Sequence record: DRR723986_7470
Strand: one strand, 5' to 3'
Length of the DNA stretch: 48,451 bases
Numbering within the stretch: the first letter of the stretch is position 1; the number at the start of each line of letters is the position of its first letter. The notes beneath the pieces are model-generated. The model was given only the letters and a program-made list of their open reading frames with translations, searched no databases and had not been told where the DNA came from. The position numbers were made by a program, and so were the translations under genes. Below are positions 1 through 9,740 of this stretch, one piece after another.

Positions 1-1
1 C

Positions 2-787
2 GGCTTTTCAACCCACGATGCCAGCATGGGGTACTTCGAGAGCAATACCATCTTGCTTATCTGCAGCGTATTTATGGTCGTCTCGGCGATCAATTTCGGG
101 CTGCACTTCCTGGTCTGGCGCAATCGCAGCATGCGCGCCTATCGCCGGGACTCGGAGACCCGCTTCTTCCTGGGCGTACTGCTCGTGGGCATTGCCCTGA
201 CCTGCTCTTACCTGATCCTGACCGAAACCCTGACCCCCGCCGATGGCCTGGTGCACGGCCTGTTCCAGGCTATCTCGATCACCACTACCACCGGCTTTGC
301 CACCCAGGACTTTGCCCACTGGCCGGGGTTCCTGCCGATCATGCTGCTGATGTTTTCCTTTATGGGTGGCTGCGTCGGTTCAACCGGTGGCGGCATCAAG
401 GCGATGCGCCTGATGTTGATCTACAAGCAGGGTTTCCGTGAGTTGAAGCAGCTCGTTCACCCCCACGCGGTCATCCCGCTGAAGGTGGGCAAGCGGCGGG
501 TCGAGGCCTCGGTGGTCAGTGCCGTGTGGAGCTTCTTCGCGGTCTATATGTTTGCTTTTATCACGATCATGCTGGCGCTGATGGCCACCGGGCTGGATTT
601 TGAAACGTCCTTTTCTGCAGTTGCTGCCTCACTCAATAACCTCGGCCCCGGCCTGGGCGAGGTATCGGCCAACTACAGCAGTATCGGTGAGGCGGCCAAA
701 GGCATGCTGTGTTTCGCCATGCTGCTGGGCCGGCTTGAGGTATTCACCCTGCTGGTGCTGTTCACTCCCGCGTTCTGGCGGCCCTGA
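2..787 (+). CDS. trkH: Trk system potassium uptake membrane protein TrkH (5' truncated by window edge)
   Basis: Frame is open from position 2 (GFSTHDASMGYF). Pore-loop motifs TTTGF, GGCVGSTGGGIK, LNNLGPGLG and C-terminal MLLGRLEVFTLLVLFTPAFW are typical of TrkH. Confidence 0.95.
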   Translation, partial: GFSTHDASMGYFESNTILLICSVFMVVSAINFGLHFLVWRNRSMRAYRRDSETRFFLGVLLVGIALTCSYLILTETLTPADGLVHGLFQAISITTTTGFATQDFAHWPGFLPIMLLMFSFMGGCVGSTGGGIKAMRLMLIYKQGFRELKQLVHPHAVIPLKVGKRRVEASVVSAVWSFFAVYMFAFITIMLALMATGLDFETSFSAVAASLNNLGPGLGEVSANYSSIGEAAKGMLCFAMLLGRLEVFTLLVLFTPAFWRP

Positions 788-793
788 GCAGGC

Positions 794-1585
794 TCAGCGG
801 AGGCCGCGCGCCTTGCGCGCCATCTCATAAGCGGCCTGGATTTCCTGGGATTTTTCAGTGGCGAGTTTCACCATGTCTTCCGGCACGCCCTGGGCAATCA
901 GCTTGTCCGGATGGTTTTCGCTCATCAGCTTGCGATAGGCCCGCTTGAGCTCCTTGTCAGATACCGACTGCGGCACACCAAGGGCTGCGTAAGCGTCGTC
1001 CAGGCTGGTGCCGGGCTGCGCGCCGAAGCCTGAGCGCCCATGAAAGTGGTTCTGGGCCTGGGCCATGCGCAGCAGCTGGTCGACCTGGGCCTGGTTGATC
1101 CCGAACATTCCGGCCACCCGGTGCAGCACGGCGCGCTCAGACTCGTGCAGCTCGTGGTCCGCCAGCGCCAGCGAAGTCAGGAACAGCAGCAAGGTCTGTT
1201 GCAGCTGCTTCTGCTTGCCACAAGCGGCGAGGAAAGCGGTGACCGATGCATCCGGGTCAAATCCGGGCGCAGCACCCTGGCGGAACAGTTCGATCGCCCG
1301 CTGGCGCTGCTCGGCGTCCAGGCCCATCTGGCCGAACAGCACTTCGGTATGGTCAATTTCCTGCTGGCTGATGCGGCCATCGGCCTTGGCCATATGGCCT
1401 AGCAGCTGGAAGGTCGTCTCGAAAAAGCTCTTCTTTATTTTCGCGATCTGCTCCGGGGAGCCGAACTGCGCGGTACCCGCCAGGCCACGATCAAAGGCAT
1501 GACCGATAAACAGGCCGATTATCAGGCCTACCGGTCCTGCTACCAGCAGGCCCAGCACGCCGGCGACGATTTTTCCGTAGATCAT
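794..1585 (-). CDS. djlA: Co-chaperone DjlA (TM anchor, TerB-like domain, C-terminal J domain)
   Basis: N-terminal GKIVAGVLGLL...GHAFDRG, then AKADGRIS, and a J domain with RAYRKLMSENHPDKL. Confidence 0.95.
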   Translation of the reverse strand: MIYGKIVAGVLGLLVAGPVGLIIGLFIGHAFDRGLAGTAQFGSPEQIAKIKKSFFETTFQLLGHMAKADGRISQQEIDHTEVLFGQMGLDAEQRQRAIELFRQGAAPGFDPDASVTAFLAACGKQKQLQQTLLLFLTSLALADHELHESERAVLHRVAGMFGINQAQVDQLLRMAQAQNHFHGRSGFGAQPGTSLDDAYAALGVPQSVSDKELKRAYRKLMSENHPDKLIAQGVPEDMVKLATEKSQEIQAAYEMARKARGLR

Positions 1586-1594
1586 TCGCTCTCC

Positions 1595-2515
1595 TCAGCC
1601 GGGGCGGGGTGCCGAGCCCCGCTTCAAATCGTGGTACACATCCGGCCCCTGGCGCGGACGCACCTTGAAACGCTTGTATTCCCACTGGTACTGGGGAATG
1701 CAGTGGCGGACGCAGGCCTCGACACCACGGTTGAGCGCCAGCAGTGACACCCGGTCGTCCGCTGCGTAAATATCCGGTTCCGCCGGCAGGTAGCGTACAA
1801 CGAACCCGCCGGGCACCCGTTCGGCAAAGCCGAACACCGCCAGCGCCCCGGTGCGACGGATCATATTGCTGGCCAGAGTCGGGGTGAAACACGTGACGCC
1901 CATGAACTCGATATTCTGTCCGGAATTGACATCCCTCGGGGCCTGGTCCGGCAGGATCCCCGAGATATCGCCTCGCTTAACACTGCGCAGGAGGCGTGCC
2001 AGGCCGCGGCTGTCGGTGGGCACCAGGGTCGCACCGCTGCGCTGCCGGCCCCGCTCGATCATCGGGCCCAGCCCCGCGAGTTTGGGCGGTTCATACAGGG
2101 ACACGGTTGCGCCCAGCGTTCCCAGGTGCAGGCCCAGCACCTCCCAGTTGCCCAGGTGCGGCGCCAGCACGATCACCCCGCGCCCGCTGCCTACCGCGTC
2201 GCTGATCTGCTCCGCCCCGTGGACCTCGAGGATCAGGGAGCGCACGTAGTCCCAGGGACGCAGCCAGATGTGGCCCATCTCGGTAGCCAGCTCGAAGGTC
2301 GCGCTGAGGCTGCGTCGGGCCAGCTCAGCCTGCTCAACCGGGTCCAGTTCGGGGAAGGCCAGCTCGATGTTGCGCAGGGTAACCGCCCGATTACTACCAC
2401 CCAGGGGCCAGAGCAGGCGCGCTGCCAGCCGGCCCAGGAAGCGCGCCACCGATAACGGCAGCCAGGCAAACAGCTGCAGCATGGCCTTGATAAGACTGGC
2501 CTTGAATGAATCCAT
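1595..2515 (-). CDS. Lipid A late acyltransferase family protein (LpxL/HtrB-like)
   Basis: HxxxxE motif (APHLGNWE), ILPDQ, and C-terminal QYQWEYKRFK. Divergent from glyQ, as in Pseudomonas. Confidence 0.88.
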   Translation of the reverse strand: MDSFKASLIKAMLQLFAWLPLSVARFLGRLAARLLWPLGGSNRAVTLRNIELAFPELDPVEQAELARRSLSATFELATEMGHIWLRPWDYVRSLILEVHGAEQISDAVGSGRGVIVLAPHLGNWEVLGLHLGTLGATVSLYEPPKLAGLGPMIERGRQRSGATLVPTDSRGLARLLRSVKRGDISGILPDQAPRDVNSGQNIEFMGVTCFTPTLASNMIRRTGALAVFGFAERVPGGFVVRYLPAEPDIYAADDRVSLLALNRGVEACVRHCIPQYQWEYKRFKVRPRQGPDVYHDLKRGSAPRPG

Positions 2516-2633
2516 GGGGTGCGGGTCGGGTTCCAGCAGCTGTGCGGTGAATGCGCGTATTATGCCGCCAAAAGAGTCGGTATAATAGCCAGCTTTTTGT
2601 AGGCCCGGGTCCGTCCCGGCACCGGAATCCCAA

Positions 2634-3569
2634 GTGAAAACACTGACATTTCAAGAGCTTATCCTGCAGCTACAGCAGTTCTGGGCCGACCGGGGCTGCG
2701 TCATCCTGCAGCCTCTGGACATGGAGGTCGGCGCTGGCACCTTCCACCCGGCGACCTTCCTGCGCGCCGTGGGTCCGGAAAACTGGAACGCGGCCTACGT
2801 CCAGCCCAGCCGACGGCCAACCGATGGGCGCTACGGGGAGAACCCGAACCGGCTGCAGCACTACTACCAGTTCCAGGTGGTCATGAAGCCGTCCCCGGCG
2901 GAATTCCAGCAACTGTACCTCGACTCGCTGGCCGCACTGGGCATCGACAGCAGCATCCACGATATCCGCTTTGTTGAGGACAACTGGGAGTCACCGACCC
3001 TCGGTGCCTGGGGCCTGGGCTGGGAGGTCTGGCTCAACGGCATGGAAGTCACCCAGTTCACCTATTTCCAGCAGGCCGGAGGGCTGGAGTGCTACCCGGT
3101 CACCGGGGAGATCACCTACGGGCTGGAGCGCATCGCCATGTATCTCCAGGGCGTGGACTCGATCTACGACCTGGTCTGGGCCCGGGGCCCGGCGGGAGAT
3201 GTGACTTACGGCGATGTGTTCCACCAGAACGAGGTGGAGATGTCACGCTATAACTTCCAGGAGGCCGACGTGCCGCAGCTGTTTGGCTTCTTCGATCACT
3301 GCGAGTCCCAGGCCCTGCAGCTGGTGGAAAAGGGCCTGCCGCTGCCGGCCTATGAAATGGTGATGAAGGCGTCACACACCTTCAACCTGCTGGATGCCCG
3401 GCACGCCATATCCGTTACCGAGCGTCAGCGCTTTATCCTCCGGGTACGCACTCTGGCACGCTCGGTAGCGCAGGCCTACTTTGACGCCCGCGCAGCACTG
3501 GGTTTCCCGCTGGCGGATGCCGCCCTGCGTGACGAGGTGCTCGGGCGCCTGCAGGCGGAGGCCAGTTGA
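2634..3569 (+). CDS. glyQ: Glycine--tRNA ligase alpha subunit
   Basis: [53 protein letters not shown] start; TATAAT at 2581-2586 upstream. Confidence 0.99.
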   Translation: MKTLTFQELILQLQQFWADRGCVILQPLDMEVGAGTFHPATFLRAVGPENWNAAYVQPSRRPTDGRYGENPNRLQHYYQFQVVMKPSPAEFQQLYLDSLAALGIDSSIHDIRFVEDNWESPTLGAWGLGWEVWLNGMEVTQFTYFQQAGGLECYPVTGEITYGLERIAMYLQGVDSIYDLVWARGPAGDVTYGDVFHQNEVEMSRYNFQEADVPQLFGFFDHCESQALQLVEKGLPLPAYEMVMKASHTFNLLDARHAISVTERQRFILRVRTLARSVAQAYFDARAALGFPLADAALRDEVLGRLQAEAS

Positions 3570-3571
3570 CC

Positions 3572-5650
3572 ATGTCGAGCGCCACACTACTGGTAGAACT
3601 GGGCACCGAAGAACTGCCACCTACCGCTCTGAAGTCACTCGGCCTGGCGTTCCGCGATGGAATTACCGCCGGACTGGACAACCGGGAGCTGACTTACGGC
3701 GAGGTGACCTGGTACGCAACGCCCCGCAGGCTGGCAGTTCTGGCCCGGGATGTCGCACTCAAATCACCCGACCGGCTGGTCGAGGTTCTGGGGCCGCCCG
3801 CCGAGCGGGCGCGCGGCGAGGATGGCCAATGGACCCCCGCGGCCAGGGGTTTCGCCCAGAAGCAAGGCGTCGAGCCCGAGGCTCTGGAAACCATCGACAC
3901 CCCCAAGGGGCCGCGGCTGGGATTCCGCCAGCAGACAGTGGGTGCGCAAACGGCGGATTGCCTGAACGAGGTGATCAGCGAGAGCATTGCCGCGCTGCCT
4001 ATACCCAAGCGGATGCGCTGGGGAGCCTCTCGGGTCGAGTTCGTGCGCCCGGTTCATTGGGTGGTTGCAATGCTCGGGGAGGAGATCCAGCAGGGTAGCG
4101 TTCTCGGCATACCCATCGGCAATGTGACCCACGGGCACCGTTTCCACGGCACCGGCCCGATCAGCCTGCAACGACCTGAAGACTACGCGGAAGCGCTCGC
4201 CGAGCAGAAGGTCGTGGCCAGCTTCGACCAGCGGCAGCAGATGATTCGCGAGCAGGTGCAAACCGAAGCCAGCGCCCTGGGCGCCAGCGCGGTGATCGAT
4301 CCAGACCTGCTGGACGAGGTCACCGGCCTGGTGGAATGGCCGGTCGCCCTGACCGGAAGCTTTGAGCCACGCTTCCTGGAGGTACCGGCGGAAGCGCTGG
4401 TCTCCTCGATGAAGGAGCACCAGAAATATTTTCACCTGGTGGACCCGACCGGCAAGTTGCTGCCCAATTTCATCACCATCAGCAACATCGAAAGCCGTGA
4501 CCCCGCCCAGGTGATCGAGGGCAACGAACGGGTGATCCGGCCGCGCCTCGCCGACGCTGCATTCTTTTATGAAACTGACAAGGCTACAGCGCTCGCCGAC
4601 CGAATTGAAACCCTGCAGGGCATCGTATTCCAGCAACAGCTGGGGACCCTGCTGGACAAAACCCACCGGGTCGCCGAACTGGCCCGGAAACTGGCCCCCG
4701 GCGTCGGCGCCGACCCGGATCTGGCGGCGCGGGCGGGCCTGTTGAGCAAAACCGACCTGGTCACCGATATGGTGCTGGAGTTCGCAGACATGCAAGGCAT
4801 CGCTGGCTCCCACTACGCGCGCAACGACGGCGAGGCGGCGGAAGTCGCTGAGGCCCTGGAGCAGCAGTACTGGCCGAAGTTCGCCGGTGACCGTCTGCCG
4901 GAGAACCCGGTAGCCACCTGCCTCGCGCTGGCGGATCGACTGGATACCCTGGTGGGCATCTTCGGGATTGGCAAGCCGCCGACCGGCTCCCGCGACCCCT
5001 TCGCCCTGCGCCGCGCCTCACTGGCAGTGCTCCGCATCCTCGTCGAGAAGGAGATCGATCTCGACCTCGCGGCCTGCCTGGCCATGGCAGCGGAAGAGTT
5101 CACCGCGGGAACCCTGGGCGAGGGAACGCCAGGCAAGGTTCTGGATTACATGATCGAGCGCTTCCGTTCCTGGTATGAAGACGAAGACATCCCGGTTGAA
5201 GTATTCAAATCGGTCAGCGCGCTGGGGCTGACCCGGCCGGTGGACATCCAACGCCGGGTTCATGCCGTCGCGGCGTTCACCCAGCTGCCCGAAGCCGCGG
5301 CCCTGGCCGCTGCGAACAAGCGTGTATCCAACATCCTGGACAAGCTTGAGGATGGGTATTCGTTTGGCGAAGTAAGCGCCGACTTACTTCAGGAGCCACA
5401 GGAAATAGCCCTGGCGGAAGCGATGGCGCATATTCAGGAAGCCGTTGGCTCACTGTTGGCAAGCGACGCCTACCGTGAGGCGCTGGCCGGGATGGCCGCG
5501 CTGCAGGCACCCGTGGACGCCTTTTTCGACGGCGTCATGGTCAATGCAGAAGACCCGGCTCTGCGCAGCAACCGGCTCAATCTGCTCAAGCGCCTGCGCG
5601 ACCAGTTCCTGGAAGTGGCCGACATTTCCCAGCTCGCCGTCGCGCGCTAA
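3572..5650 (+). CDS. glyS: Glycine--tRNA ligase beta subunit
   Basis: LLVELGTEELPP, MRWG...FVRPVHW, GNERVIRPRLADA, DPFALRR. ATG at 3572 is preferred over TTG at 3566. Confidence 0.98.
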   Translation: MSSATLLVELGTEELPPTALKSLGLAFRDGITAGLDNRELTYGEVTWYATPRRLAVLARDVALKSPDRLVEVLGPPAERARGEDGQWTPAARGFAQKQGVEPEALETIDTPKGPRLGFRQQTVGAQTADCLNEVISESIAALPIPKRMRWGASRVEFVRPVHWVVAMLGEEIQQGSVLGIPIGNVTHGHRFHGTGPISLQRPEDYAEALAEQKVVASFDQRQQMIREQVQTEASALGASAVIDPDLLDEVTGLVEWPVALTGSFEPRFLEVPAEALVSSMKEHQKYFHLVDPTGKLLPNFITISNIESRDPAQVIEGNERVIRPRLADAAFFYETDKATALADRIETLQGIVFQQQLGTLLDKTHRVAELARKLAPGVGADPDLAARAGLLSKTDLVTDMVLEFADMQGIAGSHYARNDGEAAEVAEALEQQYWPKFAGDRLPENPVATCLALADRLDTLVGIFGIGKPPTGSRDPFALRRASLAVLRILVEKEIDLDLAACLAMAAEEFTAGTLGEGTPGKVLDYMIERFRSWYEDEDIPVEVFKSVSALGLTRPVDIQRRVHAVAAFTQLPEAAALAAANKRVSNILDKLEDGYSFGEVSADLLQEPQEIALAEAMAHIQEAVGSLLASDAYREALAGMAALQAPVDAFFDGVMVNAEDPALRSNRLNLLKRLRDQFLEVADISQLAVAR

Positions 5651-5654
5651 CCCG

Positions 5655-5704
5655 GCTGGCCTGTTCGCCGGGCAGCAACCTGCTTGCCCGGGCGACAGGT
5701 CAGC
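5655..5704. terminator. Long imperfect stem-loop after glyS (terminator or RNA-stability element)
   Basis: GCTGGCCTGTTCGCCGGGCAGCA pairs imperfectly with TGCTTGCCCGGGCGACAGGTCAGC. No clear U-tract. Confidence 0.4.
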
Positions 5705-5772
5705 ACGCACGATCCGCTTGAAACCCCCGCTGAACCACGGGATTGTTTTACACTGTGCTGGGGGAAAAGCTG

Positions 5773-7299
5773 ATGACCGACACCGAACTGCAACTTTACC
5801 TGCAACTCGCGCTCGCCCTGGGCGGCGGGCTTTTTCTCGGCTTTCTCTTCGGCGGCCTGCTGCGCCTGCGCAGGGTAGGGCAGCTGCAACAGGCCCTGCA
5901 GGATCGCGCCGAGCAATTGGCAGCCGGCACCGAAGCCTTGACCCTGGTAACCCGGGAGCGGGACGACCTGCGCGAACGCGAGCACGGCTCTGCGCTGCAG
6001 GCGGGTGTCCTCGAGTCCGAACTGAAGTCAGCTCGCGCGCGCCAGGAAGAATACGCCAACGATCTGGCAACGCTCAGGCGTCGCCTGGAGGCGGAGGCGG
6101 AGCGCTACCAGGCCCTGCAAAACAACAATACGGAACTGCAAACCCAGCAGGCGGAGCGTGACAGCCGACACGCCGAACAACTACAGCTGCTGAATGAGAA
6201 CAAAGAGGCACTAAAGCGGGAATTCGAAAACCTGGCCAACCGGATTTTCGAAGACAAGGGAAAGAGCTTCACCAGTACCAGCCGCGAATCGCTCGAGGCC
6301 ATGCTGAAGCCGTTCCGCGAACAGATTACCGGTTTCCAAAGCCGTATCAACGAGGTTCACAGCGAATCCGTGAAAGGTAACTCCACGCTGGAATCAGAGA
6401 TCAAAAAAGTGCTCGAGATTGGCCTGCAGATGAACGACCAGGCATCCAACCTCGCCATGGCCCTCAAGGGCGACAAGAAAACCACTGGCAACTGGGGTGA
6501 GGCCCAGCTGGAGCGCACCCTGGAAATGGCAGGGCTGCAAAGTGGCGAGCACTACGAATCCCAGGCCAGCTTCCGGGACCAGGCGGGCAAACGCAAATTA
6601 CCGGATTTCCTGATCAAGCTACCGGACGGCAAACACCTGGTGATCGACAGCAAGGTATCCCTGGTCGACTACGACCGGGCGATCGCCGCTGAAACCGACG
6701 AAGAACGCAGCGAGGCCATGGCGGCCCACGCCAGGGCAGTGCGCTCGCATATCGACGACCTGTCCTCCAAGGACTATGCCAACCTGCCCGGAATCGGTAG
6801 CCCTGACTTTGTGCTCATGTTCATGCCAATCGAGCCGGCCTACATCGAGGCGATGAAGCACAATAGGGAACTGTTCAACCAGGGCTACCAGAAAGGGGTG
6901 GTTATGGTGTCGCACACCACGCTGATGCCCATTCTGCGCACGGTCGCCAACCTGTGGATGGCGGACCGCAGCAACAAGGAGGCGCGCGAAATCAGCGCTC
7001 GCGCCGGCGACATCTACAACCAGGTCTGCCTGGTGGCGGAGCGCCTGCACAAGCTCGGTAACACCCTCAAGGCCGCGGGCAATCACTATAACGAGACCGT
7101 GACCGGGCTGATCGGCAAGCAGGGCCTGCATGGCAAAGTGGAGCGCTTCCAGAAGCTGTCCGCCTCAGCCAGCAAGGAAATGGCCCGCCTCGAGCCAATC
7201 CATGCTGACATCGACAATGACCGCCTGTCGCTGGTCATTGATAACCAGGCTCCCACCGACAAGACCAAGGCACTGGAAGACCCACCGCGCAAGACCTAG
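5773..7299 (+). CDS. rmuC: DNA recombination protein RmuC
   Basis: N-terminal TM, long coiled coil, GNWGEAQLE, nuclease-like PD...VIDSKVSL, and DFVLMFMPIEPA. ATG 5773 chosen over TTG 5743. Confidence 0.93.
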   Translation: MTDTELQLYLQLALALGGGLFLGFLFGGLLRLRRVGQLQQALQDRAEQLAAGTEALTLVTRERDDLREREHGSALQAGVLESELKSARARQEEYANDLATLRRRLEAEAERYQALQNNNTELQTQQAERDSRHAEQLQLLNENKEALKREFENLANRIFEDKGKSFTSTSRESLEAMLKPFREQITGFQSRINEVHSESVKGNSTLESEIKKVLEIGLQMNDQASNLAMALKGDKKTTGNWGEAQLERTLEMAGLQSGEHYESQASFRDQAGKRKLPDFLIKLPDGKHLVIDSKVSLVDYDRAIAAETDEERSEAMAAHARAVRSHIDDLSSKDYANLPGIGSPDFVLMFMPIEPAYIEAMKHNRELFNQGYQKGVVMVSHTTLMPILRTVANLWMADRSNKEAREISARAGDIYNQVCLVAERLHKLGNTLKAAGNHYNETVTGLIGKQGLHGKVERFQKLSASASKEMARLEPIHADIDNDRLSLVIDNQAPTDKTKALEDPPRKT

Positions 7300-7424
7300 C
7301 GCAGCGCGCCGACAAGCCCCAACACCCCGCCATAACTGGACTTTTCACCAGATTCTTATTGCCTGTCGCCAACAGGCAGGCAAAGCTGATAGTCGTTAAG
7401 CCTGAACGGAAACGGCGATACAAC

Positions 7425-8675
7425 ATGAACAATAACAACAGGCGCTGGCAACCCATCCTGGCTCTTGTCGGTGCGCTCTTTGCGGTACCCGTGGCGGCCA
7501 TCCCCGAGAGTCTGCAGATGGTGGGACTCGCGGTCCACCAGGAAACCGGACGGGACATCTATCTCGGCGCAATCCATGCCGATGGACGCGCACCGCAGCC
7601 CGGCGACCTGCGCCAGCATGACGGCGCCAAAGCCATGGAGTACCGGGTGATCGCGCGGCGAACCAGCATTCGCAGCCTGCTGGGAAGCATGTTGTTACAG
7701 GCAGAGCTCGCAACCGGCAGGGCCCCGGACAGCCAGACGGCGATGTTTGTGGATGACATCATGCACAGCGTCAAGGGCAGCCTCTATGCGGGAGACGCCT
7801 TTGAAATCACCCGGCGTGCCGGCGGCGAAACGCTTGCTGCACTCAACGGTTACCAGCTCGCCCGAACAGCAGACGCCGCAGTTTTCGACTACTTGCTGCA
7901 CGGCTGGCTGGGTGAGCGGGGTGCAAGCAGCCAGTTTCGCAGCAGCTTGCTGGCTACCAGTATCGACAGCAGCTTGCTGGCATCCTACCGCGCACACCAG
8001 ACCCCCAGCGAGCGCATCGCCGTGGTCGGTGAGTGGATTGCGCCTCCAGAAACACCCGACCTGGCGAACGATACCTCCGGCGATACAGCACTGGCGAGCA
8101 CCGACGAGCACCTAGCCGGCGCCGAGCCTGCACCGGAAGCAGTGCCAGGCACTGCCGCTGACACCAGCGAGCAGACTCCTGCCCTGGCGCAGCAGCAGGG
8201 CACTGAGCCGGCGCCGCCAACAGACACGGCTCTCGACAGCCCGGTGAGCGTCGCACTGGATCCGCCCATGCAACTGGCGATGATTGCGCCGCAGCGCTCA
8301 GCACTGGTCCCTGACTCCGAGGCTGGCAATGTCCTGGCGCTGGCACACTATTCCCAGCGCCTCGCCGAATTCAACTCGACTGTAATGCGGATGGTTAACG
8401 GCCGGATCCGCTATCCGCGCGCCGCCGTGCGCCGCAACCTGGAGGGCTCGCTGGAGCTGGATCTGCAGCTCACAGCGGAGGGCGCATTGAAAACCGCCGT
8501 TGTCGCGCGTAGCTCGGGGTACAGAATTCTGGACGAGGCCGCGCTCAGCGCAGCCCGGGAAGCGTTCACGGAAACAGCACTGGACAAGATAGACAAGGTG
8601 GCAGTGAGCGAGTATCGCGCCGACGACGGGAGCCTGCTGGTACCCGTACCGGTGAATTTCATTCTGATGCAATAG
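7425..8675 (+). CDS. Secreted protein: chalcone-isomerase-like domain + Pro/Ala/acidic linker + TonB C-terminal domain
   Basis: Signal peptide RRWQPILALVGALFAVPVAA. CHI-like segments LQMVGLAVHQETGRDIYLGAI, GSLYAGDAFEI and FDYLLHGWLGERGASSQFRSSLL. TonB-C motifs YPRAAVRRNLEG, SSGYRILDEAALSA and VPVNF. Confidence 0.75.
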   Translation: MNNNNRRWQPILALVGALFAVPVAAIPESLQMVGLAVHQETGRDIYLGAIHADGRAPQPGDLRQHDGAKAMEYRVIARRTSIRSLLGSMLLQAELATGRAPDSQTAMFVDDIMHSVKGSLYAGDAFEITRRAGGETLAALNGYQLARTADAAVFDYLLHGWLGERGASSQFRSSLLATSIDSSLLASYRAHQTPSERIAVVGEWIAPPETPDLANDTSGDTALASTDEHLAGAEPAPEAVPGTAADTSEQTPALAQQQGTEPAPPTDTALDSPVSVALDPPMQLAMIAPQRSALVPDSEAGNVLALAHYSQRLAEFNSTVMRMVNGRIRYPRAAVRRNLEGSLELDLQLTAEGALKTAVVARSSGYRILDEAALSAAREAFTETALDKIDKVAVSEYRADDGSLLVPVPVNFILMQ

Positions 8676-8703
8676 CCTGCCTGGGCAGCGGAGAACAAAC
8701 AAC

Positions 8704-9228
8704 ATGTCCGAATTTCAACTGACCCATGTCACTCTCGTCGGAGCCAGGATGTCGGCCTTCCGCAGCTACGGTTTTCAGTCCCGCAACGAGTTGTCATTGC
8801 GCTGCGTGGTACCGGAACTGACGGATTCACAGGTTGACCTTCTGGGCAGGCGCGAGTTGATCTCACGGCTCAAGAGCCAGTTCCCGATCTGGATTCACAA
8901 CATAGTGACCGATCCGGAGTTTCCGCTGCGCGACAAACTGCTCATGCCGCTGCGTCGCTTCGAGGGGGAGTTACGGGATAACCGCGATGACGAGGTTGTG
9001 TCAGCGGTACTCAACCAGGGCTTCAGGAATCGGGATTTTGACCCGCTTAACCTGCCCGACACCATGCCGCTGCGTCAGCGTTGCGCCATGGTGGTTCATA
9101 TCGCGGTATGGCAGGAAGCTTACAAACGTTTGGAAAATGATGTGGTCGCTATCCTGGCGGACCACGCCGACCTGATCGCCCGGTGGTGTGAGGCCGCGAG
9201 TCGGCCGGATTACGATATGGTGATCTAG
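8704..9228 (+). CDS. Hypothetical protein (174 aa)
   Basis: GGAG RBS upstream of ATG, 28 bp after the TonB-fusion stop, globular-looking composition. No motif recognised. Confidence 0.75.
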   Translation: MSEFQLTHVTLVGARMSAFRSYGFQSRNELSLRCVVPELTDSQVDLLGRRELISRLKSQFPIWIHNIVTDPEFPLRDKLLMPLRRFEGELRDNRDDEVVSAVLNQGFRNRDFDPLNLPDTMPLRQRCAMVVHIAVWQEAYKRLENDVVAILADHADLIARWCEAASRPDYDMVI

Positions 9229-9263
9229 CGCCGAGGGGGTTGCAGCAGGGGTCGAGCGCGCCT

Positions 9264-9608
9264 TCAGGCGCGCAGGATCTCATCTTCCGCCAGCTGGCGG
9301 CCGCAGTTACGCGTTACCACCCGCACAGTTCTCTGGCAGGTTTCCAGCCAGGGAATGTTGGTTTCCGTCTTGAGCGCGCGAACATAGCCGCCGTCCGTCA
9401 TACAGGCAATGCTGGTCTTATTCACTGTCCAGTCACCTTCGCTGGTGCGAGGCTTGCGGTTGCAGTAGAACCAGATGCCACGGCGATCCTGCATCACATA
9501 CTTGGCATCCGCCGGCAGGAAAACCTTGCGCCCGCCAATCACGGCAAACACTTCCAGTTCACTCTCAGAATTCGATTCCATGGTCGCTGTTGGGGTAATT
9601 GTCAGCAT
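9264..9608 (-). CDS. Hypothetical protein (114 aa)
   Basis: Strong RBS (AGGAGAGG) before ATG; own upstream regulatory region with a CRP-type box. Confidence 0.75.
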   Translation of the reverse strand: MLTITPTATMESNSESELEVFAVIGGRKVFLPADAKYVMQDRRGIWFYCNRKPRTSEGDWTVNKTSIACMTDGGYVRALKTETNIPWLETCQRTVRVVTRNCGRQLAEDEILRA

Positions 9609-9724
9609 AGCGAACCTCTCCTATTGGTTGTTGTGTTCCGCTGAAAACCCGATACCGCGGGGTAATCCTTTGCCGCGTTATGCGGTATGGAATTAGTTAT
9701 AGGCAGGAGGAATAACTGGGACAA

Positions 9725-9740
9725 TGTGATTTGGCTCACA
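9725..9740. promoter_or_regulatory. CRP/Vfr-family binding site
   Basis: TGTGA-TTTGGC-TCACA is an exact TGTGA-N6-TCACA match with A-rich flanks, in an intergenic region. Confidence 0.75.
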
